DNA of 64,000 nt from Candidatus Margulisiibacteriota bacterium (GCA_041658745.1 JBAZZP010000003.1:83423-147422), one strand, 5' to 3'. Counted from the stretch's first letter, positions 50,560-60,046 are shown. Notes: generated by a model not told the origin, from the letters alone. A program made the numbers and translations.

Positions 50560-51282
50560 CTAGTTTTCTTCGCTAACCAAAGTTCCAACGTCTTTACCAA
50601 GAATTGCTTTTTTAATATTCCCGCGCTCGGTTAAATTGAGAACTAAAATGGGGATTTTGTTTTCCATACACAGAGAAGCCGCTGTTGTATCCATAACTTT
50701 TAACCGGCGCTGAATAACTTCCATGTGACTAATATTTTTATACTTTTTGGCATCGGGATATTGCATGGGGTCTTTATCATAAACACCGCCAACTTTAGTG
50801 GCTTTTAGGATAATGTCAACGTCTAATTCGGCAGCTCGCAAGGCCGCAGCTGTGTCAGTTGAGAAATATGGGTTGCCTGTTCCTGCCGCCAGAATAATGA
50901 CGCGACCTTTTTCCATGTGGCGAATCGCCCGCCGCCGAATAAACGGTTCGGCAATTGATTGCATAGGAATCGCGCTTTGCACACGAGAAGGAACCCCAAT
51001 TCGCTCCAAAGCATCTTGCAGGGCCAATGAATTGATGACTGTAGCCAACATTCCCATATAGTCGCCGGTGGCACGATCAATCCCTTTAACAGCCCCCGCC
51101 ACCCCACGAAAAATATTACCCCCACCCACTATGATGGCAATATCTACCCCTAACTTGCGAATTGCTTTTATCTCTTCGGCTACAACGTTTAAGATTTCGA
51201 GGTCAATGCCATATTTTTGTTTGCCGCCGAAGACTTCACCTGAGAGTTTTAAGAGGATACGTTTGTATCTAACCCTAGCCAT
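50560..51282 (-). CDS. pyrH: uridylate kinase
   Basis: Motifs [20 protein letters not shown] and [17 protein letters not shown]. Confidence 0.93.
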   Translation of the reverse strand: MARVRYKRILLKLSGEVFGGKQKYGIDLEILNVVAEEIKAIRKLGVDIAIIVGGGNIFRGVAGAVKGIDRATGDYMGMLATVINSLALQDALERIGVPSRVQSAIPMQSIAEPFIRRRAIRHMEKGRVIILAAGTGNPYFSTDTAAALRAAELDVDIILKATKVGGVYDKDPMQYPDAKKYKNISHMEVIQRRLKVMDTTAASLCMENKIPILVLNLTERGNIKKAILGKDVGTLVSEEN

Positions 51283-51313
51283 GTTACAGCGATTATAACA
51301 TAAGCCAAATCGC

Positions 51314-51342
51314 TTGTCACAAGCCGTTTGCTATACTATAAT
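51314..51342 (+). promoter_or_regulatory. sigma-70-like promoter giving a leaderless transcript of the PAS sensor gene
   Basis: TTGTCA (51314-19), then 17 nt, then TATAAT (51337-42), then 7 nt to the ATG at 51350. There is no SD. Confidence 0.5.
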
Positions 51343-51349
51343 TCGAAGC

Positions 51350-52387
51350 ATGATCCTTTATCCATATTTTGAGTTGGCCGCTTCGCTTTTTATTTTGCTC
51401 TTTGCCCTCGAACTCCATCTTTGGCATCACGAGAACCGCGCAGCTCGCTTCTTTGTCCGCTGCGCTGTGGTTTCTTTTTTAGCCTGTATTATGGTTTATT
51501 CGCTCCGCATTGCCTTCACTCTTGAGCTAGCCGCTTTTATCGATCGAATTGCCACCTGCTTAACAACTTTTAGTTTTGCTATGTATTTGCATTTTGCCAT
51601 AATTTTTACCCGCCGAGAAAGCTTCTTCGACAAAAAATGGGCACTGCCATTATTTTATACTCCTCCCGCAATTGTGGCTTTATTAGCGTTATGTACTAAT
51701 TTGATTTACAACCGCTATGACATCTTTGCTTATGGTATTATTGGGCAACCTTCGTCATTGTATTTTGTTTATGCCCTGCAAACCATGCTTTACACTTTTT
51801 GGGGAATCGTTTTGTTTTTTATTTACTCTCGGCAGGCAATCCAACCATCTGTTCGCAATCAATCTTTGGCCATTGCCATTGGGACATTGATTCCAGTCTC
51901 TATTGGTGTGGTGTTTGATCAAATTTTGCCAATTATTTTTGGATTTCACGTTTTTCCTCCCACGGTTATTTTTGATTACGCCCTGATGATATTTTTTATT
52001 TATCTAGCCATGCGGCGCTACAGCCTATTTGCTATTTCTCCATCTCTAGCCGCCAAACAAATCATTGAGACCATGCCTGATTCTCTTTTGGTAACTGATT
52101 TGGATGGGAGAATTATTTTTGTTAATAACGAGGCCCACAAATTTTTCCATGTTGACAAGGCCGAAATCCACGGCCGCAACATAAAAGACTTATTTACTGA
52201 GAAAGAAAATTACGAAAAACTTTACGATGAAGTGGTCAACAAAAAGCTGAAGATTGAACGTTTTGGGGCCCGTCTCTGTGATCCTCGGGGAGAATGCATC
52301 CCTTCTTTAATTAATTCTTCCCTCTTCCGCGACGACTTTGGTGCTCTGCTCGGCATCATCTTCATTTGTCGGGATGTAAGGGGATAA
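51350..52387 (+). CDS. polytopic membrane protein (about 7 TM) with a single C-terminal PAS domain and no output domain
   Basis: Hydrophobic N-terminal ~230 aa, then IIETMPDSLLVTDLDGRIIFVNNEAHKFF..GRNIKDLF.. (PAS). I prefer the ATG at 51350 because of the promoter geometry. Confidence 0.65.
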   Translation: MILYPYFELAASLFILLFALELHLWHHENRAARFFVRCAVVSFLACIMVYSLRIAFTLELAAFIDRIATCLTTFSFAMYLHFAIIFTRRESFFDKKWALPLFYTPPAIVALLALCTNLIYNRYDIFAYGIIGQPSSLYFVYALQTMLYTFWGIVLFFIYSRQAIQPSVRNQSLAIAIGTLIPVSIGVVFDQILPIIFGFHVFPPTVIFDYALMIFFIYLAMRRYSLFAISPSLAAKQIIETMPDSLLVTDLDGRIIFVNNEAHKFFHVDKAEIHGRNIKDLFTEKENYEKLYDEVVNKKLKIERFGARLCDPRGECIPSLINSSLFRDDFGALLGIIFICRDVRG

Positions 52388-52427
52388 TCTTCCGTTTTTG
52401 CCATAATTCTGGTAAAATATAACTACT

Positions 52428-54254
52428 GTGCCTCTCGAAACCACCCATTATCCTAAAGAATATGATGTAATCGTCATTGGCGCTGGGCATGCAGGAATTG
52501 AAGCTGCCTTGGCGGCAGCTCGCATGGGTTGTCAGACCTTACTCTTAACTATCAACCTTGATACGATTGCTTTTATGGCCTGTAATCCCGCCGTGGGGGG
52601 GCCGGCAAAAAGCCAATTAGTACGCGAAGTTGACGCTTTAGGCGGACAAATGGGAGTATCGACCGATTTAACTTTCTTGCAGATGAAAATGCTCAACACC
52701 ACCAAAGGCCCAGCGGTTCAAGCTTTGAGAGCCCAGTCTGACCGCAATTCCTATCACGTCACTATGAAACAGGTCCTCGAAGAACAAACCAATCTTGATC
52801 TAAAACAAGGGATTGTCGAAGAACTTCTTTCCGACTCACGCCCCCATACGCCCACCGATTCACCCGACGCAACCACCACCGCTAGACGCATTACGGGAGT
52901 CCGCACAAATCTCAACATGGTTTACTCAAGCAAAACCGTTGTGGTAACAACAGGAACGTTCCTCAATGGCATCGTTCACGTTGGAATGACCCACATGGAA
53001 GCCGGCCGAGCAGGAGAATTGCCCGCTAAAGGTATGTCTGAAAGTTTGGTAGCACTGGGATTAGAACTTGGAAGATTAAAAACCGGGACTCCAGCCCGAT
53101 TAAATAAACGCTCGATCGATTTTTCTAAAATGATCCCGCAGCCTGGCGACGAACCACCAAAAATGTTTTCATTTGTCTGGGAATATCAACAATACGGGTT
53201 ATCGGGGAATCCGATGATCGGGGGATCTGGGACAAATCAAATTCCTTGTCATTTAACCTGGACTACTCCTCAAACTCACGCAATTATCCGAGCAAATCTT
53301 GATCGTTCACCGTTATTTCAGGGGAAAATTAAAGGAACGGGGCCTCGCTATTGTCCGTCGATTGAAGATAAAGTTGTTCGCTTCCCTGAAAAAGATCGAC
53401 ATCAATGTTTCATTGAACCGTGCGGGAGAGACACGCTGGAAATGTACGCCCAAGGCATGAGCACCAGCCTTCCCGCCGATGTACAACTAGAAATGCTAAG
53501 AACTATGCCAGGGCTTGAAAATGTAGAAATGCTGCGGCCGGGATACGCCGTTGAGTATGATTACGTCAAGCCCTCTCAACTCTTGCCCACCTTAGAAACC
53601 AAACAGATTACTGGGTTGTTTTGTGCTGGACAAATTAACGGGACTTCGGGCTACGAAGAAGCGGCCGCGCAAGGAATTGTAGCGGGGATAAACGCCGCAC
53701 TTAAAGTTAAAGAGAAAGAGCCGCTCGTGCTGGGGAGAGAAAACTCATATATTGGAACTTTAATTGACGACCTAATCACCAAAGATATTGACGAGCCTTA
53801 TCGCATGTTAACTTCACGCTCCGAATATCGCTTGCTTCTGCGACAAGATAATGCCGACCTGCGGTTGACAGAAAAAGGTTATCAGGTTGGTTTAATTTCT
53901 AAAGAACGTTTTTCTAGTTTTCAGAAAAAGAAAGCGGCAGTTGAATCTGAAACAGTTATTTCCCCGGAAACAGAAGAACAAATCGCCATAACCAAAAAAT
54001 ATGCAGGCTATATAATGCGCCAATTGCAACAAATCGAGCGTTTTAAAAAACTGGAACACAAAAAATTGCCCTCGGATTTTGATTACTCGGAACTACGAGG
54101 ATTATCTAATGAGGCTCGAATTAAACTGGCCAAAATTCAACCCCTTTCCATCGGACAAGCCACCAGAATTGCGGGAGTTTCTCCAGCCGACATTTCTGTT
54201 TTGCTAATTCACCTTGAAACCCGTGGACGCTCAAAAGAATCTATGCTAAAATAA
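52428..54254 (+). CDS. mnmG: tRNA uridine 5-carboxymethylaminomethyl modification enzyme MnmG/GidA
   Basis: Motifs [35 protein letters not shown] and [16 protein letters not shown]. The start codon is non-ATG (GTG). Confidence 0.92.
   Translation: MPLETTHYPKEYDVIVIGAGHAGIEAALAAARMGCQTLLLTINLDTIAFMACNPAVGGPAKSQLVREVDALGGQMGVSTDLTFLQMKMLNTTKGPAVQALRAQSDRNSYHVTMKQVLEEQTNLDLKQGIVEELLSDSRPHTPTDSPDATTTARRITGVRTNLNMVYSSKTVVVTTGTFLNGIVHVGMTHMEAGRAGELPAKGMSESLVALGLELGRLKTGTPARLNKRSIDFSKMIPQPGDEPPKMFSFVWEYQQYGLSGNPMIGGSGTNQIPCHLTWTTPQTHAIIRANLDRSPLFQGKIKGTGPRYCPSIEDKVVRFPEKDRHQCFIEPCGRDTLEMYAQGMSTSLPADVQLEMLRTMPGLENVEMLRPGYAVEYDYVKPSQLLPTLETKQITGLFCAGQINGTSGYEEAAAQGIVAGINAALKVKEKEPLVLGRENSYIGTLIDDLITKDIDEPYRMLTSRSEYRLLLRQDNADLRLTEKGYQVGLISKERFSSFQKKKAAVESETVISPETEEQIAITKKYAGYIMRQLQQIERFKKLEHKKLPSDFDYSELRGLSNEARIKLAKIQPLSIGQATRIAGVSPADISVLLIHLETRGRSKESMLK
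53201..53232. repeat. 4 x octamer array ATCNGRNN inside mnmG
   Basis: Reads atcgggga atccgatg atcggggg atctggga. It encodes ..[12 protein letters not shown].. and belongs to the same family as 1133-1164 and the arms of 37254-37448. Confidence 0.75.
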
Positions 54255-54282
54255 TGCCCGATTGATTGTTTAGGAGGGAAAA

Positions 54283-54738
54283 ATGAAAAAGATAATTGGA
54301 ATTCTTCTCGGGGTTACGTTTCTAGCTACAATTGCCTCAGCCGCTTCGGTTTCTTCGATTGGTTTTATCGATGTTCAGAGAGTATTTAAAGAATACAAGG
54401 CCACCTCTAAGGCCCAGGATGAATTAAAAAAACAAGAAGAATCATTTAAAAAAGAATTTGAAGAAAGCCAGGCAAAACTAGAGAAGGCCGAGAAAGACGG
54501 AAAAAGCAAGGAAGTTTTGGAAAAAATGAAAGCTGAGCTGGAAGAAAAGCTGGCCCCTAAAAGAGAGACTTTGTTAAAGCTTAATGAACAATTAACCGGC
54601 AAACTACAACAAGATATCCTTGCCGCAGTAAAAAGTGTCGGCAAAAAAGTGGGAATCGACTTAATCCTCGACAAACAAGTGGTTATTACTGGCGGCACCG
54701 ACCTTTCGGAATTGGTAGTTAACGAACTCAATAAATGA
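54283..54738 (+). CDS. skp: OmpH/Skp family periplasmic chaperone
   Basis: Signal peptide, then K/E-rich coiled coil starting IGFIDVQRVFKEYK. It lies immediately upstream of lpxD. Confidence 0.85.
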   Translation: MKKIIGILLGVTFLATIASAASVSSIGFIDVQRVFKEYKATSKAQDELKKQEESFKKEFEESQAKLEKAEKDGKSKEVLEKMKAELEEKLAPKRETLLKLNEQLTGKLQQDILAAVKSVGKKVGIDLILDKQVVITGGTDLSELVVNELNK

Positions 54739-55652
54739 AATTAAAGGCCCTTGCCAAACTTGTAGCCGGACAGCTAGTGGGTGACGGCGAAGTAGAGATT
54801 GCGCATGTTGCCCAGATCGAAAACGCCCAAAAGGGCGATCTGGTTTTTGTTCTCGAGGAAAAGCTACTTGCTAAGGCCATCAACTCCAAAGCGTCTGCTT
54901 GTATTGCTAGCAAAAAAAGTGGGAATTTAAACAAGCCAGCAATCTTGGTTGATAGTCCGCGGCTTGCCATGGTGACTCTTCTCCCTCTCTTTGCCCCCCA
55001 ACCACGCAAAAAACCAAGTATCCATAAAACTGCCCTTATTCCAAAGTCCTGTCGGATAGGCAAAAAAGTCTCGATTGGCGCCTATGCCGTCCTAGGAGAA
55101 AACGTAAAAATTGGAGATGGCTCACAAATTTATCCCAACGTAACAATTTATGACAACACCATTATTGGCAAAAGAGTAACGATCCACGCCGGAGCAAGGA
55201 TTGGAGTGGATGGCTATGGCTACGTTCAACAAGATGGAAAACACATAAAAATTCCCCAAATCGGCACAGTTGTTATTGAAAATGATGTTGAAATCTACGC
55301 CAACGTATGCGTTTCAAGAGGGACTATGGGACCAACGGTCATTGGCGCTGGGACAAAAATTGACAGCCTTACCCATGTTGCACACAATTGTAAAATTGGT
55401 CAAGACTGTGCCATTGTCAGTCTAGTGGGAGTTGCTGGCTCGGTTACTTTGGGCGACCGTGTTTTCGTGGGTGGCCAAGCGGGGTTTAATGGCCATATTT
55501 CAATTGGAGAAAACACCATTATCATGGCCCGCTCGGGAGTAACTAAAGATATCCCCGCCAATTCAATTGTTTCTGGGTTTCCCGCTATGAACCATCGCGA
55601 AGATATGGCTAATCAAGCTGCCCTGCGCCGTTTTGCTAAAAAAGCAAAATGA
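54735..55652 (+). CDS. lpxD: UDP-3-O-acylglucosamine N-acyltransferase
   Basis: N-terminal uridine-binding domain, hexapeptide repeats, and GVDGYGYV..KIPQIGTVVIENDVEI..HVAHNCKIG. Confidence 0.88.
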   Translation: MKLKALAKLVAGQLVGDGEVEIAHVAQIENAQKGDLVFVLEEKLLAKAINSKASACIASKKSGNLNKPAILVDSPRLAMVTLLPLFAPQPRKKPSIHKTALIPKSCRIGKKVSIGAYAVLGENVKIGDGSQIYPNVTIYDNTIIGKRVTIHAGARIGVDGYGYVQQDGKHIKIPQIGTVVIENDVEIYANVCVSRGTMGPTVIGAGTKIDSLTHVAHNCKIGQDCAIVSLVGVAGSVTLGDRVFVGGQAGFNGHISIGENTIIMARSGVTKDIPANSIVSGFPAMNHREDMANQAALRRFAKKAK

Positions 55653-56818
55653 AAATTGCCTTCTTTTCTAATTGCTACCTGCCCTATCTTAGCGGAATAA
55701 CGATTTCCATTAAGACTCTGCGAGAAAGCTTAGAAGCTCTAGGACACGAAGTTTTTGTGGTTGGACCAGAATATCCTAATTTTAAAGAAACCGATCGGCA
55801 CGTTTTACGCTTGCCTTCCATCCCAGCCCCCTACCCAGGCTATCGTTTTGTTTTTCCGTTTTCGGCCAAAGTTTTTAAGCAGCTGAAAGAAGAAAAGATC
55901 GATATTATCCATGCTCATCAGCCATTTGGAATCGGTCTTTCTGCTCTATATTTATCACGCAAATTACAAATCCCTTTAGTGTATACTTTTCACACTCTTT
56001 TCCCCCGTTATGTCCACAACGTTCCGTTCGTTCCGTCGGTAATTTCTAAAGCGATCACTGTTCGTTATCTCCGTTTCTTCTGCAATCAAGTAAATGCGGT
56101 GATCGCTCCGTCGACGATGGTTAAAAGATATTTAAAGATCTTAGGTGTAAAAAAACCAATCGAGGTTGTGCCAACGGGGGTTAATGTCGGAAAGATACAA
56201 GACACAAGGGACAAGGCACAAATATTATCCAAACATCAAATTCCAAATAATTCAAAAATACTCCTCTTTAGCGGGAGGATTTCGGAAGAGAAAAACATCT
56301 TGTTTCTTATAAAAGCATTCCCTTCTATTTTAGAAAAAGCTCCCGGCACATATCTTGTCCTGTGCGGTGGGGGACCAAAAGAGGCTGAATACCGAAAATT
56401 TGCTAAACAATTTACCGATCGGATTATTTTTGCCGGCCAAATCCCGCACACAGAATTAACCGCTTATTATCAGGCAGCCGATCTATTTGTTTATTCTTCA
56501 ATCTCAGAAACCCAAGGGCTGGTTTTATGCGAAGCTAAGGCTAATGGACTCCCCATTGTTGCCCTTTTTGGCGGAGGATTAACCGATGTGGTAGAAAGCG
56601 GGATTGACGGATATCTTGTTCCGCGCAATCCAGCCATTTTTGTTGAGCATGTGGTCCGTTTATTAAACGACGATCAATTACGCGCTAAAATGGCCACAAG
56701 GGCCAAAGAAGATGCACTAGCCCGCTTTTCACCAAAAACAGTCGCCAATAAAATGATTTCTGTTTACCAGAATTTAGCCGGCATACAGATTTGCATATCA
56801 AAAGATAGTGCTTTATAA
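55649..56818 (+). CDS. GT4-family (GT-B fold) glycosyltransferase
   Basis: N-terminus MKIAFFSNCYLPYLSGITISI and the C-terminal E-x7-E region SISETQGLVLCEAKANGLP. Confidence 0.8.
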   Translation: MKIAFFSNCYLPYLSGITISIKTLRESLEALGHEVFVVGPEYPNFKETDRHVLRLPSIPAPYPGYRFVFPFSAKVFKQLKEEKIDIIHAHQPFGIGLSALYLSRKLQIPLVYTFHTLFPRYVHNVPFVPSVISKAITVRYLRFFCNQVNAVIAPSTMVKRYLKILGVKKPIEVVPTGVNVGKIQDTRDKAQILSKHQIPNNSKILLFSGRISEEKNILFLIKAFPSILEKAPGTYLVLCGGGPKEAEYRKFAKQFTDRIIFAGQIPHTELTAYYQAADLFVYSSISETQGLVLCEAKANGLPIVALFGGGLTDVVESGIDGYLVPRNPAIFVEHVVRLLNDDQLRAKMATRAKEDALARFSPKTVANKMISVYQNLAGIQICISKDSAL

Positions 56819-56851
56819 TGGCAAACAACTAATTGTCAGGGGGGGGTTATT

Positions 56852-57571
56852 ATGAAATCGTTTAGTTTAATTATTATTGGATTGGTATTGTGCTTCTCTC
56901 TTCTCAGCCCTGCCGGAGCCATCACAAATGTTTTTCCGTCTCCTTGTATCGGCGGTGAAACGGGTTTAGTTAGAATTCCTTCAGCCGATATTGTCCCTTA
57001 CAAAAACTTTAATATTGGTGCAAATTTCGGCACAAAAATCACCAGCGATTCTGCTTCGGTTACCAGCGCCACCTACATGATGAATATCGGGATCTTCAAC
57101 GGAATGGAGCTTGGGATTGTAGGGGGGACGGAGCTAGACACTAATCAATTGCGCGATGGAGTCTATGTTAACTCCAAGCTTTCCCTTTCTTCGGGCGATG
57201 AACCTTACCCTATGCATTTAGCCATTGGGGTTGAAAATCTGTTTTCCAGAACCCAAGCCGATGTGTATATGGTTGCTACCAAACACTTCAAGCAAGGCTT
57301 TAAATTAACTTTTGGATTCATGGGTGATTTTCCTGATTCCCGCTTTCGTCCGCTGGGAATGTTAGGCGCAGAAACCAACCTAGGCTCAACCCTTTTTGTT
57401 GCGGGAGATATGCTCCTTGGCGAAACGCTATCGCAAGTTAATGCTGGAGTAAAATTGTATTTTACCCCCGTTTTTTCCCTCAACCTTTATGGTTTAAATT
57501 TATTAAACAGTACTGTTTGCAAAGACAATCGCTCAGCCTTGCTCGGGTTTAGCTGGGCCAATCCGTTTTAG
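56852..57571 (+). CDS. putative outer-membrane beta-barrel protein (possibly YjbH/DUF940-like)
   Basis: Signal peptide ..LLSPAGA, alternating beta-strand pattern, GETGLVRIPSADIV, and a C-terminal ..FSWANPF ending in aromatic Phe. Confidence 0.55.
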   Translation: MKSFSLIIIGLVLCFSLLSPAGAITNVFPSPCIGGETGLVRIPSADIVPYKNFNIGANFGTKITSDSASVTSATYMMNIGIFNGMELGIVGGTELDTNQLRDGVYVNSKLSLSSGDEPYPMHLAIGVENLFSRTQADVYMVATKHFKQGFKLTFGFMGDFPDSRFRPLGMLGAETNLGSTLFVAGDMLLGETLSQVNAGVKLYFTPVFSLNLYGLNLLNSTVCKDNRSALLGFSWANPF

Positions 57572-57576
57572 GTGAC

Positions 57577-58644
57577 ATGGAAGAATCTTTATTGCGCCCA
57601 CTGGTGAAAGAGATAAAAGACTACGTGCCTGGAAAAAACACTACCGAACCCGGCATGATCAAATTGGCGTCCAACGAAAATCCCTTTGGCCCTTCCCCTA
57701 AAGCCCTAGAGGCTATCGCCAAAGAAGCCTCGAAGTTACATGTTTATCCTGACCAAAAAGCTGTCCTGCTTCGAGACTCCCTTTCAAAAACTTTGGGAAT
57801 TGAAAGCGAAAAGATAATTGTTGGCAACGGCTCCGATGAAATCATGCAAATAGCAATTGCAACCTGCCTCAAGCCCGGCGAGGAAGTAATTATTTCTAGC
57901 AACACCTTTAGTGTTTATGAGTTTGTTACTCGCTTATTTGACGGCTTCCCGGTTTTTGTCCCACTTAATAATTACGAACAAGACTTGGACTCAATTCTCA
58001 AGGCAATTTCTCCTAAGACAAAGGCCATTTTTCTGTGCAACCCCCACAATCCGACCGGGACATATATCATCAATCAAAAACTAAACGCTTTTTTAACCAG
58101 TGTTCCAGACAATATTTTAGTGGTTGTCGACGAAGCCTATGCCGAGTTTGCAGAAGCAGCGGATTTTCCTTCTTCCCTAGAGCAAACCAAAAAGCATGGA
58201 CATGTTTTAATTTTGCGAACCTTTTCCAAATATTATGGTTTAGCCGGGTTACGAGTTGGCTACGGGGTTGCTTGTCCAGAATTGATTCACTATATGTTCC
58301 GTACCAAGTTGCCCTTTAATGTTGGCCGACTAGCTCAAGTTGGAGCCACTGCTGCCTTAGAGGATAAAGAATTCTTGGCTAAAACATTTCAAAACAATAG
58401 CTTAGGAAAAAAATATTTGTACGCCGAGCTAGATAAATTGGGATTGGACTACAAAAAAACTGAATCTAATTTTATTTTTATAAACATCAAAAAGTCGGCC
58501 GACGAAATGTTTATGGAATTAATGCGGGCGGGAATAATCATTCGCCCCCTTACTTCTTTTGGTTTGCCAGAAGCCATTCGGGTTTCAATTGGAACCCCGG
58601 AACAGAACGAAAAGCTAGTTTTTGCTTTCTCGCAAGCCTTTTGA
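57577..58644 (+). CDS. hisC: histidinol-phosphate aminotransferase
   Basis: Motifs KLASNENPFGPSP, NPHNPTG, DEAYAEF and RTFSKYYGLAGLRVGY. Confidence 0.92.
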   Translation: MEESLLRPLVKEIKDYVPGKNTTEPGMIKLASNENPFGPSPKALEAIAKEASKLHVYPDQKAVLLRDSLSKTLGIESEKIIVGNGSDEIMQIAIATCLKPGEEVIISSNTFSVYEFVTRLFDGFPVFVPLNNYEQDLDSILKAISPKTKAIFLCNPHNPTGTYIINQKLNAFLTSVPDNILVVVDEAYAEFAEAADFPSSLEQTKKHGHVLILRTFSKYYGLAGLRVGYGVACPELIHYMFRTKLPFNVGRLAQVGATAALEDKEFLAKTFQNNSLGKKYLYAELDKLGLDYKKTESNFIFINIKKSADEMFMELMRAGIIIRPLTSFGLPEAIRVSIGTPEQNEKLVFAFSQAF

Positions 58645-59298
58645 TGGCATTGGACTAGAAGGAGCTCCCGTACTTGCGGTTTCTTTTTTTTTGTTTTCTT
58701 TTGTTTTCATTGTTTCATATTTTGCCTTAACTGCTAATATTTCAGTCCGCGACTCAAAGGGCTTTTGGACTAATTTGTCTAAAGCAGGATATATTATTCT
58801 GTTCTCAACACTTTCACAACCAGGCGAAGCAGGCAATTTTTTGGCAGTTGTCGCCAAGGCTATTAATAGATTCCCCGCTTCCGCTAAAAAGCTTGGGGAA
58901 AAAGAGTTGTCCATGGCCACAATCAAATAACTAGCTACCTCCTCAACTGCGGACAGGATCAAATAGCTCTCATCTGCGGCCCCTTCTTTATAAGCAGCAT
59001 TGGCACATTCTGTCGCAATCTCCGACGCCAACAGAAGCAACGCCCTCTCTTGGCTCCTCTGCCGCACTGGGTTTGCATAAAAAGGAAAGTTGTTTTTCCC
59101 TTTTAATGCTGCTGAAGCGTAAAGTTCTAGCCGTTGATTTTCGCTTAGGTTCGTTGCTTTGTGGACATCATGCACAACTTCCAATAATTCCGTGGGGGAT
59201 TGTTTATGGCATATTCTACGGGCAAAAGAGTATTCGTTTTGTTGGCACCCAGAAAACGCCATCATTCCCAACATTACCGGCAAAAACCTAATTCTCAT
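58615..59298 (-). CDS. hypothetical lipoprotein
   Basis: Lipobox MLGMMAFSGC. 227 aa. Its 3' end overlaps the hisC 3' end by 30 nt (convergent). Confidence 0.55.
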   Translation of the reverse strand: MRIRFLPVMLGMMAFSGCQQNEYSFARRICHKQSPTELLEVVHDVHKATNLSENQRLELYASAALKGKNNFPFYANPVRQRSQERALLLLASEIATECANAAYKEGAADESYLILSAVEEVASYLIVAMDNSFSPSFLAEAGNLLIALATTAKKLPASPGCESVENRIIYPALDKLVQKPFESRTEILAVKAKYETMKTKENKKKETASTGAPSSPMPSKGLRESKN

Positions 59299-59963
59299 TG
59301 TGTCTTCCTTTCAGTAGAAAAAAGGGCCGCATACTGAATTGTTGTTTCTCTTCTGGTGTTTTCTAAGAACTGCATATCACTAGCAAGCAAACGGCCCAAG
59401 CTCGTTCTTACAATGACCTCTTTAGCAAACAATTCATCGTCGACACAATATACGACATTGCTTTTCCAGCTAGCGAACTTTGCCCTTGCCCCTTCCATCT
59501 TTGTCCCTGCACAGGGATGATCCTCGTTGTTGAGCGGATCTACCGCCAAGTACACTGTAATGTTTGGGTTCTGTATTCTTACAAAACCGAAGAAGATCCG
59601 ATTGATTTCGTCATCTGAGAATCGGCCCACCGTTTTGTTTTCCATAAATTCAGCTTTGGCCGAAAAAGCAAGTCTATTCACAATAAGCTTAGCTAATTCC
59701 TGTGGTGTTTGCTTTTCCTCCGGCAAATTAAAAAATGCGCTCAGCAATTCTATCGGCAGCTCATACTCGAGTTTTGGCAAAAGAGCCCTTTTGGCTTCCA
59801 CTATCTGCTTGCCTTCAGCTCCCATTTTTTCAGCAGTTATTTGTCCAATCAGGGCATCAAGCTCGGCAGCAATCTCGGCATCGGTTTGCCCAGCCCTTGG
59901 TTGAGCGGCTCCCCTGCCTTCCGCTTGAAAATATTTCAATGGACTAACGAATTGAATGGCCAT
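59295..59963 (-). CDS. hypothetical protein
   Basis: 222-aa ORF with an AGGAAGGAG SD. It is coupled to the downstream lipoprotein gene by a 4-nt overlap. Confidence 0.55.
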   Translation of the reverse strand: MAIQFVSPLKYFQAEGRGAAQPRAGQTDAEIAAELDALIGQITAEKMGAEGKQIVEAKRALLPKLEYELPIELLSAFFNLPEEKQTPQELAKLIVNRLAFSAKAEFMENKTVGRFSDDEINRIFFGFVRIQNPNITVYLAVDPLNNEDHPCAGTKMEGARAKFASWKSNVVYCVDDELFAKEVIVRTSLGRLLASDMQFLENTRRETTIQYAALFSTERKTQ

Positions 59964-60007
59964 TTGTTCTCCTTCCTATAATGAAACACGAAATCGGACA
60001 TAATATT

Positions 60008-60034
60008 ATCTGCATAAAAATAAAATAATTTCAG
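60008..60034 (-). promoter_or_regulatory. ECF-sigma-like promoter box (cTGAAAT-N16-AGAT) upstream of the hypothetical gene pair
   Basis: The coding strand reads ACTGAAAT-tattttatttttatgc-AGAT. It is 44 nt from the ATG at 59963. Confidence 0.45.
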
Positions 60035-60046
60035 TTTGGTGGGATT

